From: Leucoraja erinacea | Taxonomy: Eukaryota | Length of the DNA stretch: 64,000 nt | Direction of reading: 5' to 3' | Assembly (NCBI RefSeq): GCF_028641065.1 | Contig: NC_073398.1 | Location: forward strand, 28,706,001-28,770,000 | In this document: one piece after another, positions 1-12,855 of the stretch | Layout: each line of letters begins with the position of its first letter | Position numbering within the stretch: position 1 is the first letter of the stretch | Notes under the pieces: model-generated | Databases searched by the model: none | Told to the model about the DNA's origin: nothing | The model's input: only the letters and a program-made list of their open reading frames with translations | Position numbers and translations under genes: made by a program

Positions 1-952
1 CTCACTAGGAGCTCATCCGCCCTTTGACGTCTTATTTTTGGTCCTGCTGGGGGTCCGCAGCCCCCTCCTCACCTGGCAAACCAGGTGGGGGGGGAGACGG
101 TTTAGTCGGCGACTATCCGATCATGGAGCAGGTAGCACGGGATTACATGGTACCCATGGTACACGGAACTCCCCCCAAACTGATTTGTGTTCAAACTAAA
201 GAGCAGTTTTTAAAACTCTCCTTGCATCCTTTATGACTCATTCCTGCAAACTATATTTACTTTGGTGAGCAAATCTATTGTGTAACTATTGCTTGTTATT
301 TTGTTTCTCTTATTTTACATTTGTCCATATGTCATTGTATTTGTAACTAGACCAACTAGATCCCTTTGGGTCCCTGTCATACGGGAGGTCTGGTCCACCA
401 ATACAACCCGTTCCCCAACGCAATATTGCACCATTAATCCTTAGCCCTCACGGGAGGCATGGTCCCCCAACTCAACCCATTGCCAAATGTAAGATTTCAG
501 CATTCCCCTGCCTCCCCCAGCAATGGACTTAAAAAAAAAAATCCAATTGCACTTCCCTAATTGCAATACCAATTCACCCTCTCCTTCCTGTCCTGCCAGG
601 AGCTGGAGTAAGTGTTGTATGATGCCAACATTGTTGCAAATGTCAAGTGGAGAACTGATATCCCATTCAGGTGAAAAGTTGGTGGAAGCACTGAGTGTTC
701 CTGAATTGCAACTTTGTATCGCAGTTTGTGGAAAGCTGGCAGGAAGGATTTTAACAGTAGAAATATTGTTAAAGTTGGCTTTTTTAAAAAACTTTAAATA
801 TCAATAACTTGTGAAATATAACATCAAATCTGAAGGAAAGTTGACAAGATCGACGACGGCAAAAAGCTGAGTAAGGTTCTTCAAAAATGTTAGCGCTACC
901 GTGTACCGTTTTGGCGTAGATACAATCTCAATCAGGCACACTCACATATCTA

Positions 953-2559
953 CAGTGGCTTGCAAAAGTATTCATACCCCTTGAACTTTTCCACATTTTG
1001 TCACGTTACAACCACAAACATAAATGTGTTTTATTGGGATTTTATGTGATAGACCAACACAAAGTGGCGCATAATTGTGAAGTGGAAGGAAAATGATACA
1101 TGGTTTTCAAATTTTTTTACAAATAAAAAACTGAAAAGTGTGGCATGCAAAAGTATTCAGCCCCCTTTACTCTGATACCCCTAAATAAAATCCAGTGCAA
1201 CCAATTGCCTTCAGAAGTCACCTAATTAGTAAATAGAATCCACTTGTGTGTAATCTAATCTCAGTATAAATACAGCTGTTCTGTGAAGGCCTCAGAGGTT
1301 TGTTAGAGAACATTAGTGAACAAACAGCATCATGAAGCCCAAGGAACACATCAGACAGGTCAGGGATAAAGTTGTGGAGAAGTTTAAAGCAAGGAGAGGT
1401 TATAAAAAAATATCCCAAACTTTGAACATCTCATGGAGCACTGTTCAATCCATCATCCGAAAATGGAAAGAGTATGGCACAACTGCAAACCTACCAAGAC
1501 ATGGCCGTCCACCTAAACTGACAGGCCGGGCAAGGAGAGCATTGAACAGAGAAGCAGCCATGGTAATTCTGGAGGAGCTGCAGAGATCCACAGCTCAGGT
1601 GGGAGAATCTGTCCACAGGACAACTATTAGTCGTGCACACCACAAATCGGGCCTTTATGGAAGAGTGGCAAGAAGAAAGCCATTGTTGGAAAAAAGCCAT
1701 AAGAAGTCCCGTTTGCAGTTTGCCACAAGCCATGTGGGGTACACAGAAAACATGTGGAGGAAGGTGCTCTGGTCAGATGAGACCAAAATTGAAGTTTTTG
1801 GCCTAAATGCAAAACGCTACATGTGGCAGAAAACTAACACTGCACATCACCCTGAACACACCATCCCCACTGTGAAACATGGTGGTGGCAGCATTATGCT
1901 GTGGGGATGCTTTTCTTCATCAGGGACAGGGAAGCTGGTCAGAAAAGATGGGAAGATGGATGGAGCCAAATACAGGGCAATCTTGGAAGAAAACCTGTTT
2001 GAGTCTGCAAAAGACTTGAGACTGGGGCAGAGGTTCACCTTCCAGCAGGACAACGACCCTAAACATACAGCCAGAGCTACAATGGAATAGTTTAGATCAA
2101 AGCATATTCATGTGTTAGAATGGCCCAGTCAAAGTCCAGACCTAAATACAATTGAGAATCTCTGGCAAGACTTGAAAATTGCTGTTCACAGACGCTCTCC
2201 ATCCAATCTGACTGAGCTTGAGCTATTTTGCAAAGAAGAATGGGCAAAAATTTCAGTCTCTAGATGTGCAAAGCTGGTAGAGACATACCCCCAAAAGACT
2301 TGCAGCTGTAATTGCAGCGATGGGTGGTTCTACAAAGTATTGACTCGGGGGCTGAATACATTTGCACGCCACACTTTTCAGTTTTTTATTTGTAAAAAAA
2401 TTTGAAAACCATGTATCATTCTCCTTCCACTTCACAATTATGCACCACTTTGTGTTGGTCTATCACATAAAATCCCAATAAAATACATTTATGTTTGTGG
2501 TTGTCATGTGACAAAATGTGGAAAAGTTCAAGGGGTATGAAAACTTTTGCAAGCCACTG
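953..2559 (+). mobile_element. Full-length Tc1-family DD34E transposon, Passport-like, IR/DR type
   Basis: TA flanks; ~210-bp TIRs (CAGTGGCTTGCAAAAGT...) with inner direct repeat; internal transposase. Confidence 0.95.
1332..2343 (+). pseudogene. Disabled Tc1 transposase
   Basis: GRPPK, WSDE, QQDND, SPDLNTIE with 34 residues between D2 and E; premature TAG at 2088-2090 and frameshift in C-run near 2290. Confidence 0.93.
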
Positions 2560-2595
2560 TATATATAGAAACAAGTCGAGACTTTTAATAGTATA

Positions 2596-3167
2596 CTTGA
2601 CCAAGTGCGACCTGTTAGGTCCCTGTCACACGGGAGGCCTGGTCCCCCAACACAACCCGTTCCCCCAACGCAATATTCCACCACTCACCCATAGCCCCCA
2701 CGGGAGGCCTGATCCCCCAACGCAACCTGTTCCCCAACGCAAGATTCCACCACTCCCCTGCCTCCCCCAGCACCCACTTCCCTTGCCCCCCCCCCCCCCT
2801 CATGTGCTGCAGAAGCAGGAGTAAGTGTTCCATGATGGCAACATTGTTGCAAATCTCAGAGGACTGAGATTCCATTCAGGTGACAACGTGGTGGAAGCAG
2901 AGTGTTCCTGGATTGCAACTTTGTATGGAAGTTTATTGTAAACTTGGACTGCAAGGATTTAACTGTAAAAATCTTTTTAAAGTTGGATTTTATAAACCTT
3001 TAACTATCAATAACGTGAAATATAACATCAAATCAGAAGGAAACTTGACAAGGGCGACAACGTGAACAAGCTGAGCATGGTTCTGCAAAAAATTGTTGCG
3101 CTACCGAGGACGGTTTTAGCATAGATACGAACACACACACACGACAAGACTTTTAATAGTATATAGA
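2596..3167 (-). mobile_element. Non-autonomous Helitron copy B
   Basis: Minus strand A|TCTATATACTATTAAAAGTC ... GACCT-aac-AGGTC hairpin ... CACTTGGTCAAG|T; between A and T, no TSD. Confidence 0.75.
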
Positions 3168-3586
3168 TACATAGTTATAAAACCTACTAAAACAGTAAAA
3201 ATTTAGGTCCATTCTACTGTGTCGATAGGTAGCAACATGCAAATGATTATTGATCTGGCACTACTCCAGCTCACATCTGGCATCTGGGAGGATTTAATTA
3301 TTACCTCACCAGAGCCCAACTTGTTCTGTTCTAGATGTTAGTTTGATACAGATCTCGGAGTGATCCAAGCAAGACTTCCCATACTTATGACCGCCACAGC
3401 TCTCCTCCGAATAAAGATCAACACATCAAGACCTGTCTGACGTCCTCCACAAACGTTTACCATATATTCCTTACAAAAATCAGCTAATGAAGACATTTTG
3501 AAAACCTACAAATTTATTTTCCCACCAATTCTTACACACAACCCCCCACTCTCCTCTCAGGACTGAGTGTTGTTGATATCCCCTAC

Positions 3587-3671
3587 CTTATCTAGTGGAT
3601 AGGTTGTCCATGATGTTCCCCCACCCAGTATATATATCCTCTGTCCATCGTGCGCAATTTCATGTCGGTAC
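3587..3671 (-). CDS. KLHDC10: KLHDC10 coding exon 6 (YRHEIAHDGQRIYILGGGTSWTTYPLDK); later exons lie outside the window
   Basis: Manual translation; CAG acceptor, GTAGGG donor; 85 nt. Confidence 0.95.
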
Positions 3672-5242
3672 CTGAAAACACAAATTGTCCCAAACATACT
3701 TATTTGAGTGTACTTCCAAGACCTTGGTACGTCCTAACTTAATGTTCTCCTCTTGTCCGCAAAAGACTTCTGCAACTTCCTCTGTTCATACACCCATGGT
3801 CAACCTTTAGGTTCCTGCCCATTCTCCCATTCCTAGGAGTGCTTTTTTAGGCTTTGAGCTCCCTCAACGAACTTGCATGTTCATTTGATTGGGAATTCTA
3901 CCTTGAGACAACAGGAAAAATGTTACATTTTTTAAATGTAACACATCCAATACCATGCTGTTGCACTGCTGGAAATGTACACTTTCAGATGAAGATACAA
4001 GAGAAAACAACTGTTGCTTCAACAGTCGCTCCAAATAACTGGTCCCTCATTCCTAGCACCAGTCTAGTAAATCACTGCTGCTCCCATCTCAATTTCTCAA
4101 CATCCTTCATGAAATCTGGTGCCTAGAACTGAACAAAATACCAAAGGCTTAACATGACTTCCTTGCTTTCCAACAATAAAAGGCCTTTATGCTATAGAAA
4201 CATTTTTTAGCCACAAAAATTGTGTTGTACATTTCTGGATCAATTTCTACACGCCTTTAAAATAGTCATTATTTATCCTTCCCACCAAAACTTCATACTT
4301 TACTGTGATAAATTTAATGTGCCGCGTGCCAGTCCATTTGTCCGTCAATGGCCTACTGAAATCTGTTACGTTTCCAAGTTTGCTGATATCCACAATTCAA
4401 GGATATCAATGTACAAAGTGCAAAATGGAAAATGGGGGGAAGGGGGGGGGTAGGTGGAGAGACCGTCTTAATCAGGCTCTTAATCTTGATCCCACCCTAG
4501 CATCATTTGATACATTAGCAGTTCCCAAAAGCACCCGTTTAACTAACAGCAAGAAGCAAACAAGAAATTCAATTTGGCAATAGAAGTTAAGAGAGTCAAA
4601 GCCAGCCACCTGGCAAAGAACAAAATCATTCTCAACTGTAGATAACCCAAGGCCTCTCCGATAACTAGCAAACCTCCAATGTATGGAGCATTTCACAAGC
4701 ATGGAGTAGAAAAAAGTGAGACAAAATTAAACCAAAATAGACAGCATCTAGTATATTTAACAGAAAGTAATGAAATGTCAAGTTAATTTTATTTTTTGTA
4801 TACAATTTGAGGTTCTCTTCTACTTCATAAAGCTGTAACCCCTTCCTCATGTGTACCCTATCTCACCTTTAATAACATTAGTCATGCTATCTTTGCAACT
4901 ATCAGGTGGATACTGTACTTCATTGTGGGTTGAAAACCCAATGCAAACACAAGTCGCCTTCAACATCCTGTTCTATGCAAACCAAAACTAGAACATCCAT
5001 TGCTATCTCCGTCCAAAAATCAGGGAGGAGGGTACCTTAAACTGCTTAATGGATCAGTGCAAAGACATGCTGGATTTATGTGGCCATCGTCCAATGATAA
5101 AAATGTTACTTCATCGCCTTTTCTTTAAATAGAGATTAACAATACCATTACAGTTGTATCCAATCCCAACAATATCAGAGGCTCGCATATGTTATTTGAT
5201 CTTGGGAGCTGCCAGAGCAGAAAGTGTTCTACTGTTGCTCAC

Positions 5243-5391
5243 CTTTCTTCTGGTAAGTCACTAGGAGGGTTATTTGGTTTCAGCTGTATCCATTCTCGAG
5301 CCGTAAGGTCTAGTCGGTGTAAGTCTGTGTTGTAAACATAACCTGTTGTCCCACCAAATATGTACAGGTAACCATTTATGATCACCATTGC
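5243..5391 (-). CDS. KLHDC10: KLHDC10 coding exon 5 (AMVIINGYLYIFGGTTGYVYNTDLHRLDL...LPEER)
   Basis: ORF 5239..5424 kelch peptide; CAG acceptor, GTGAG donor; 149 nt. Confidence 0.95.
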
Positions 5392-5839
5392 CTGGAAGTT
5401 AATAGCAAAGAGAGAGATGAACAACTAAGACAGTTCTCCAAATGGTAGCTGATTTACCATGGATGAAGGTTCCCGTTCCCAAGGTTATGTTATTTTGTAT
5501 TTCTCCCATTTGAATTGTACAAAATTGGAAGCTTAGAAAAGGCAAGCTTGGAAATGGAAAATTTTAACAATGTTGTTGGCATTGGTGGATAAATCCAGAA
5601 TCAAAATGCAAAGTGCTAGTGTAGCAAAACAGTTCCAGGTGCAAATTAATAGGAGAATGTACTTAAACTTCAGTTGCAGAAAAGACGACAAAGCTGCTCA
5701 ATATGTATTATGTAGGTGATATTGGACAGGTAATACTTGGTCTCGTTAGAAAGTAAAGGTTGCCACTTGATCAGACAGGTAGGTATCAGTTCTGTGCTAC
5801 CGATGGACACAATGCCACAATTTGTCTACATGTTTCCTT

Positions 5840-6340
5840 CGAATCTTCCATTTCCTGATTTTAAATTGTCTGATAATAATCTTAGTGTCTTTAATAAGGT
5901 AAAATATCTTGGACATTTTATTACAGAACAATTGACAGATGAGGATATTTATAAGCAACACCGCATGATGTGTGCACAAGCAAGCATTCTCTTACGCAAG
6001 TTTAGTGCATGTACAGATGGAGTGAAGCTGTCCAGAGCATATTGTGCACCACTCTATACTGCACACCTGCGGTCAAACTACAGAAAAGCAAGCTTACAGA
6101 GACTTAAAGTGGCTTATAATGATGACATGAGAATATTACTTAAGAGACCCAGATGGTGTAGTGCAAGTGAAATGTGTGGCTGCAGGAGTCAATACTTATC
6201 AAACATAAGGTTTAGCACTACATGCTACCAATCCCAGTTGTGGAGACATTGGTATAGTTGTCTCGTTGTACGACACTGATTTTTTTAAATTCTTGATCTT
6301 AAACCATGTATTGTGCTTTTGTATGTAATTTATGTGCTTT
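5840..6340 (+). mobile_element. 5'-truncated non-LTR retrotransposon, RTE-X-like RT C-terminus
   Basis: ORF 5737..6279: VKYLGH...LLRKFSAC...LKVAYND...RPRWCSASEM. Confidence 0.65.
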
Positions 6341-6356
6341 TGTATGTAATTTGTGT

Positions 6357-6555
6357 TTAATCCCTTCATCTAAATCATTAATGTATATTGTAAATAGCTG
6401 TGGTCCCAGCACCGAGTCTTGCGGTACCCCACCAATCACTGCCTGCCATTCTGAAAGGGACCAGTTAATCCCTACTCTGTTTCCTGTCTGCCAACCAATT
6501 TTCTATCCATGTCAGTACCCTATCCTCAATACCATGTGCTCTAATTTTGCCCACT
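6357..6555 (-). mobile_element. CR1-type LINE RT fragment
   Basis: Reverse complement encodes GVPQDSVLGPQLFTIYINDLDEG-like RT motif. Confidence 0.75.
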
Positions 6556-6559
6556 TATC

Positions 6560-6777
6560 GCCAATCTCCATATATTTAGTAACCATAATTTCTTTGTAGA
6601 TTTTGTAGAATTTCTACATGGTGAAAACAAAATGTATAAAAATGGCCTTAATTAAAATCTGACAATGTGCACTTTAACCACATGTGATTTTTTTTCTATT
6701 ACAAATCTCAAATTGTGGAGTACAGAGGCAAATAAATAAATGATGGGTCTGTGTCCCAAACATTATGGAGGGCACTG
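6560..6777 (+). mobile_element. Solitary right end of a second Tc1-like element
   Basis: Ends ...TATGGAGGGCACTG|TA. Confidence 0.55.
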
Positions 6778-7183
6778 TAAATAGTTGCAGGACAGCAAAC
6801 CAAGAACAGATTATGCTTCCAAACCCCTCTGTTATTTCTGGCCTTGTTTCACTGTGGGAAATTACTAGACTGGCCATCACAATCAGACAAACTCCAGCAA
6901 TTACATTCTGCATGTTAATTTGGAACAATTTAGAGGAAAGAGATAGCAATCTAATTTGTACAGTTGTAAAATGTACAACAAATAAGCAAATAATAAATCT
7001 TCATCAATTGAAGATTAAAACTATAAGATTACTATTGGCAAGATACATGCTGGGAGCCAGAGTAAGAGGATACGGGTACCCTTTTAACTGATGAGGGGGA
7101 GATACTTTGGAAAGGATAGGAGGAAAGAATGAATAGTATTGCTTGCTATTTCAATAATCATTCAATGACTGCGAGACACTGAC

Positions 7184-7338
7184 CTGCCCATAGATGCGGC
7201 TGGGTTTCTTCCCTCGACAATTAAGTAGTGCCCACCGTTTGTAGTTAACGTTGCACACGTGAACATCATTCCCACTGCTCTCGCCAAAAGGGACGCCGGT
7301 GCCTCCAAACACCAACAAGTTATTACCATGTAAAGCAA
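7184..7338 (-). CDS. KLHDC10: KLHDC10 coding exon 4 (VALHGNNLLVFGGTGVPFGESSGNDVHVCNV...KKPSRIYGQ)
   Basis: Manual translation; CAG acceptor, GTCAGT donor; 155 nt; frame continuous with exons 3 and 5. Confidence 0.95.
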
Positions 7339-8148
7339 CTGGAAGGTAAACAATATTAACATTGCTACATCTTAGTACTCATCATAAACAGGTCATAACT
7401 TCTCAAATTAATGGAATCCCTATTCTGTACCGAGTAACAGATTGCCTACTCCAGAGATCTGTACCTAACCTATCCTAAAAATGTACCAGAAAGCACACTG
7501 ATTAAATCGAGAGGAGTCATGCTTGGTGCTTTGATGGATTCATACCCAGGTATAACCAAGCGTACCAAATATCTCACTCTGCAAACACATTAATATTTAA
7601 ACTCTTAACCACCACCCCTCCACACCCATATACAACTAGACCCTAAACGTACAGAACCTGCACCCACATAGAACTATTGTTGCTCTTTCTCCTGCTCGTG
7701 AGATTTTTTTTTAAACTGAGGTACTGGTTTATCATATCCCCTGGCATTGTTTACACAATAATGAACAAGGTCAGAACATGTATACTCAGAGGACGAGAAG
7801 CTTACCGAATAACAAGCTGACTGCAAGGATGAAACACATCTATTCAAAACAGTAATAGAAAGTGGGTCCCACATGGATTAGTGGCAAGATCACATTAATG
7901 AATTGGATATAGACTGATCAAACACTAAAATGCAAGTCGACACAAAGGACTACAACCTATAAGAGATGACACTCTTGGAAAAAATAATGTCGGTCAGGGA
8001 AGCAAAGTAATGAGTATATTTAAAAAAAAAGTTGTGAATGCAGCAGAACAGCAAGAAAAAAAACACTAATGAAACAAGAATTAATTCTATAGAGAAAGTA
8101 GAAATATAGGCGGTAGAAAGTCTTACTAAACTAACACGATCATGTGCA

Positions 8149-8378
8149 GGTAGACAAAAATGCTGGAGAAACTCAGCGGGTGAGACAAGGAATATGGAGC
8201 GAAGGTATAGGTGACGTTTCGGGTTGAGACTCTTCTTCATACATCCCAGCATCTGCAGTTCTTTTTAAAACATATCGTACCTATTCCTTCGCTCCATAGA
8301 TGCAGCCTCACCCGCTGAGTTTCTCCAGCATTTTTGTCTACCTTTGATTTTTCCAGCATCTGCAGTTCTTTATTAAAT
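8149..8378. mobile_element. Inverted Penelope tail composite in KLHDC10 intron 3
   Basis: Minus-strand tail with decayed hammerhead core, then plus-strand tail pieces. Confidence 0.8.
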
Positions 8379-8778
8379 ATGATTATGTGCAGCCAGATAA
8401 GAGTTGGTCTTGGCATCATGTTCGGCACAGACATTGTGGGCCAAAGGGCCTGTTCTTGTGCTGTACTATGTCCTAATGATGCAGAACTGCCAATGTATAA
8501 GAATTAGCAAAGGATCAGCCTCCTGGGTTCATTTCCTCTAAAGGACAATATATTTGAAGTTTTTGAAATATTTCAGAATTTTAATTATGAGGACGCAGTT
8601 TCTAATTGTGGAAAGAGCAAAACTAATGTCAGTCAATGCAAGATAGTCACCAGAGAAAAAACAAATCAAAAATTAAGGACAATGGGGCAAGAATGAGGCA
8701 TACCACAGCGACAGGTCACGACAAATATCACAGGCACCATAGATATATAGGAGAAAACAATGAAAGGTTACAACAATA

Positions 8779-9677
8779 AGCGAGTTCGGTATTCCGACTG
8801 CGCATGCCCAGGTCATTGGTCACTCGCTATTAACATTCTCGGCAACGGTGGTGTTGCGTTGTGTGCAGGCCTGCGTTTTGTCCGTGGTCAAGGTCGGGCC
8901 CAGGTCTCCAGACGCTATTGAGTTGCTGCTGGGCCATACCCATCCCTTGTCTGGGGGAGGCCGGATGTACCTGTCCCTGTCCGGTGGCGGCCCCCCGACT
9001 TGCAGTCGGCGCGAGGGGGGAAAGCCTCTCTCCCATTCCCCAGCCCCTCTCTCCTGCCATCTATCCCTTTGACCACCTCTCCTTTGGGGGAATTACTGCT
9101 CAACGATTCCCGTCGCTGCACCAACTGAGGCCGGGTCTGGGGAAATTCGCACTTGGACTCCCCCACAGTAAATGGGACCCGAATCCCTCATCATCGTCAC
9201 AGGTCACAGAGAGACCGTCGGCTGCGCCTCTTGTTTTTTCCAGTGGCTGTCGGTTGCCCCCCTCGGTGCCGGAGCAGCGGCGGCCCACAGCCGGCGCGGA
9301 GAAGCGGCAACATCAGCTCAACTCTGCCTGTCCTGTCGGGCGGGGTCAGTGGCGGTTTGGCAGCGCTTGCGGCACCAGGGACCCGAGTTCGATCCTGGCT
9401 GCGGATGAGGCGCGGGTCTGTGTGTAGATAACAATGTCTCTCCGCCAGTACCGTCCTCTCCCCCCCCCCCCCCCCCCCCCCCTCCCACTGCATCCCCCTC
9501 TCTCCTGCTACCTGGCACCCCCATTCCTCAGATTAAATATATTTTTTACACATAAATCATGAATAAAGATAAGTTATACAGTTTCTTCAGCCAGCGTTTC
9601 GTTCTCTTTGTATTTATAGCGAGTGACCTTTGACAAATCCCATGATTCCTTGCATTTTTCAGAATACCAAACTCGTT
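8779..9677. mobile_element. Non-autonomous TIR element with GC-rich composite interior
   Basis: TA-flanked ~18-bp imperfect TIRs (AGCGAGTTCGGTATTCCG / CAGAATACCAAACTCGTT); right end homologous to 19565-19740. Confidence 0.7.
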
Positions 9678-10047
9678 TAAGGATGGGAGGTTGTTGGGAG
9701 TTCAACATAATCACTGCAGTGCACAAGTTAAGCCCAAACATAGTGACATTTTACACCAACTGCCCTTGCTCTTTGTTCCATCATTTTAACTGCCCAAAAG
9801 CTGTAACCTTCACCACTTTACAATCTTCTTAGGCCTTTTATAAACAACTCTCCCTCACTGCTGCCTAGTTTAATACTGTGCATTTTAATCTTCCTGGAGC
9901 ATGTCAAATAGATAAGACTCAAAAATTTCAGATGCCTAGCCATTATATTTTACAACAGATTTAATTATCATACTAGTGAATTAAAAAAAAAAAAAATAGT
10001 ACAGGTCTCATAGTGAAAAAGTATACAAGAAATGATGCAAGCTGTAC

Positions 10048-10269
10048 CCGACATTGATGCTAGCTCTCTGGGCATGAATCCCTCTGTACCAACTTGCTGC
10101 CAAGTACCAGAAGCAAAATGATATCGCCAGAGCTCTCGGAAAAGTGGGTAAGCTTCATTCCCTGGACCACCCGACTCCTCAAAGTCTGGATTGTAGCCAC
10201 CAAACACATAAAGGCTTGAATTATCTGCAACACAGCGGTGCCCACTTCGAGCGGGTGGAGCAATGTGAC
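10048..10269 (-). CDS. KLHDC10: KLHDC10 coding exon 3 (kelch repeat; PPARSGHRCVADNSSLYVFGGYNPDF...MPRELASMS)
   Basis: Strong recalled similarity to KLHDC10; CAG acceptor, GT donor; 222 nt. Confidence 0.95.
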
Positions 10270-11574
10270 CTGGAGAAGGAAAAGAGGTAAAAGGGGAAAA
10301 ATAAAATTATTGCCAACTCGGCCAGATCCATACAATTAAATCATAGAAATATTATATGTCACAAAATAGAAATGTTTTAAATAAGAAGTCTTTCGCATCA
10401 TTAAGATGCCTCAAATGAATACCGGTATTTAGCAAAGTTATCATCTGATCTACATTTGTCTGCCTCAGATTAGAGCAGTTTGCATTCTACATGAATGCTT
10501 AATCAAAAAGATATACAAGTAAATCACATTTCAGCTAGGAGCTTTTTTGGGGGCCATAGGCAGGGTAGGTTGAGGAGACAATGCATCTCCAACATCAGCA
10601 GGAAAGAGAGTCAAAGAAGGGAATGTTCTGCTAAGGGTTGTTGAGCAGAATGGACCAGAGCAGAGAAGGATGTTCGAACACAGAAAATCCAGCACAAAAC
10701 CTCACATTTAGCAAAACAATTATTACCAAGCAGTCTGTATTTAGTGATGCTGGTGAGGATATATACGAGCTGTAGCTTACTCGTCACATAATGCCATAGG
10801 ATCTTTTATATCCAAGCAAGGATTTAAGGATTGCAGACACCTGCAGTATAACAGTGGAGTGTCAGCCTAGATTTTGCACTCAACTCTCCAGAATGGGACT
10901 GGTATCCACTGCAAAATTCTGACCCAACAGCAGACCCTTGCTGGCTAACTGCAGATATTAGCTCTTGCCATCCTAAATTGCCACAAATGCATATTAAACA
11001 CAAATCCTATATCAGAAAGACAGTGTTCAAAACAAGCATATTTCTGTGTTCCCTTTACAGAACAAAGCAAGTCCAGCATTTCCTGAGACACTTTCAAAGT
11101 GACAACAGATACCTTCTGGTGACATTCAGGAAACACTGTTTCCAAAAATCATCATCAGGCCAAACTAAGTCACTTGAGGGGCCTGACTCAAGATTGTTAG
11201 CCACTAACTAATCAAGAAACACAGTAACATATAAGTGGTTCATTAAAGCATACACATAATTAATATTACCGCATTGCATATTCACTGTGCTGCCTCTCTG
11301 AAAGGCTGAAAGCCCCTACTTTCTGCGCGTAATGTCATGGGAAATTGGCTGGCGCTCAATGTACTTTTTTAAATGTCTCAATATTTTCAAAACTATCTAG
11401 TTATTGATTCGTCACTTCACAAGAGAATCGCTGCCATATCATTTACCGTAAACATGCTGAAACAGATAATGAATGGAAGTTATGAATGCAGAAACAAATG
11501 AGAAGTGGTCTAGACTGAAGTTACACCCAAAAGGATTTAGTAAACAAGTTATGCTTAAAAAAAAAAGGATTTTA

Positions 11575-12362
11575 AAATCGGGTGTCGCCGCGCACGGCAG
11601 CCTCACCAGCAGTCGGTCCGTCATTTCACCCTTTTGATATTTTTTAGTGTGTTAAAAGTATGTTTTATAAGGTTTCTTTTTTTTTTAATGTGGAGGGTGG
11701 GGGGGGGAAAGAGGGGAAACCATTTTCTCAGTCACTTCCTGGTTGGAGATGTGTCTTTTCCGAGTCACATCTTTACCACCCCCTTGCGGCCTACCAACTG
11801 GATTGGCGCGGCCTTTCCTGCCGGAGACCGACCAGCCAGAGCTTCAGTAGCAGTGCAGCACTGAATTCCATTGCGGAGCGGGACGATGCCTTACCGGGGA
11901 TCGTCAGGTGGAGCTCCGGAGTGTTTGGCCTGCTGTTTAACACCGTGGAGCTGTGGTTTGCGGAGCTGATTCTAACATCGCGGAGTCCTGGGATCATTTG
12001 CCGAGGGTCACCAGCATTGAATCTCCGTCCAGCTCGGCCTGTGGACTTCAGGAGCCACGGTCTCCGGTAAGAAGTTGCCGATTCAGAAACTCCAAGCCGC
12101 TGAGAGTGTTCTTCCGTTCTGATGCCGGGCCGCCATAGCGGCGTCTGTGGAGTGCTCAAAGGCCCCGACCACAGGTGACCAAAGAAGATGATGACTGAAC
12201 TTTATTGCCTTCCCTCATAGTGGGAAATGTTGATTCCGCTGTGGGGAATGTTTATGTTAAATCCTATTGTGTATTGTGTTCTTTTATTTGTATGGCTGTA
12301 TGGCAACTCAAATCTCACTGTACCAACTGGTGCATGTGACAATAAATGCAACTTGAACTGGA
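11575..12362 (+). mobile_element. GC-rich non-autonomous retroelement with Rex1-like tail; related sequence at 59950-60700 (minus)
   Basis: TGACAATAAA plus short-repeat tail; partial similarity of the 5' parts; boundaries approximate. Confidence 0.5.
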
Positions 12363-12855
12363 ATTTGCGTTTTAATATATTTTATTATAACAACAAACAC
12401 CGGAGAAGATGTTTGTAAAAAGTTTAAAGATTTTGAAAATATGATTATATCCCTTAGTAAAGGATGAACAATGTTCCATTCATTAAAACAGAAAATGTTA
12501 CTTGAAATTAAAATTTTTGATGTAATAGATAGAAAAATTGCTTCTACTCGTGGAAATCAATTAAACAAGGCAATTGACACAAGACAGTTATCAAGAACAA
12601 ACTTCCTCATCAGGAGTGGAGAGTGTATGGAATTTAGCATTGTGGTCAGCGAGGCAAATGATATACATTTTAGATACAACCTAAAAAGGACATGCAGTAA
12701 TGACAGCATGTAGAAAAGGACAGGAGGTGTAACAGTGGAACAGACATTTGCATAGATAGCTTCGGTAAGATGTTGTTACTGCACAAAATTTTATGCCATT
12801 TATTGTAATTCCTTACACTATTTTTTTCCAGTGATATTAATCTATTATCTATCTA

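Larger units (their letters stand above)
347..2595 (-). mobile_element. Non-autonomous Helitron copy A (interrupted by the Tc1)
   Basis: Minus-strand 3' end TTGGTCTAG|T with imperfect hairpin; 5' region TATACTATTAAAAGTC; homologous along its length to copy B. Confidence 0.72.
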
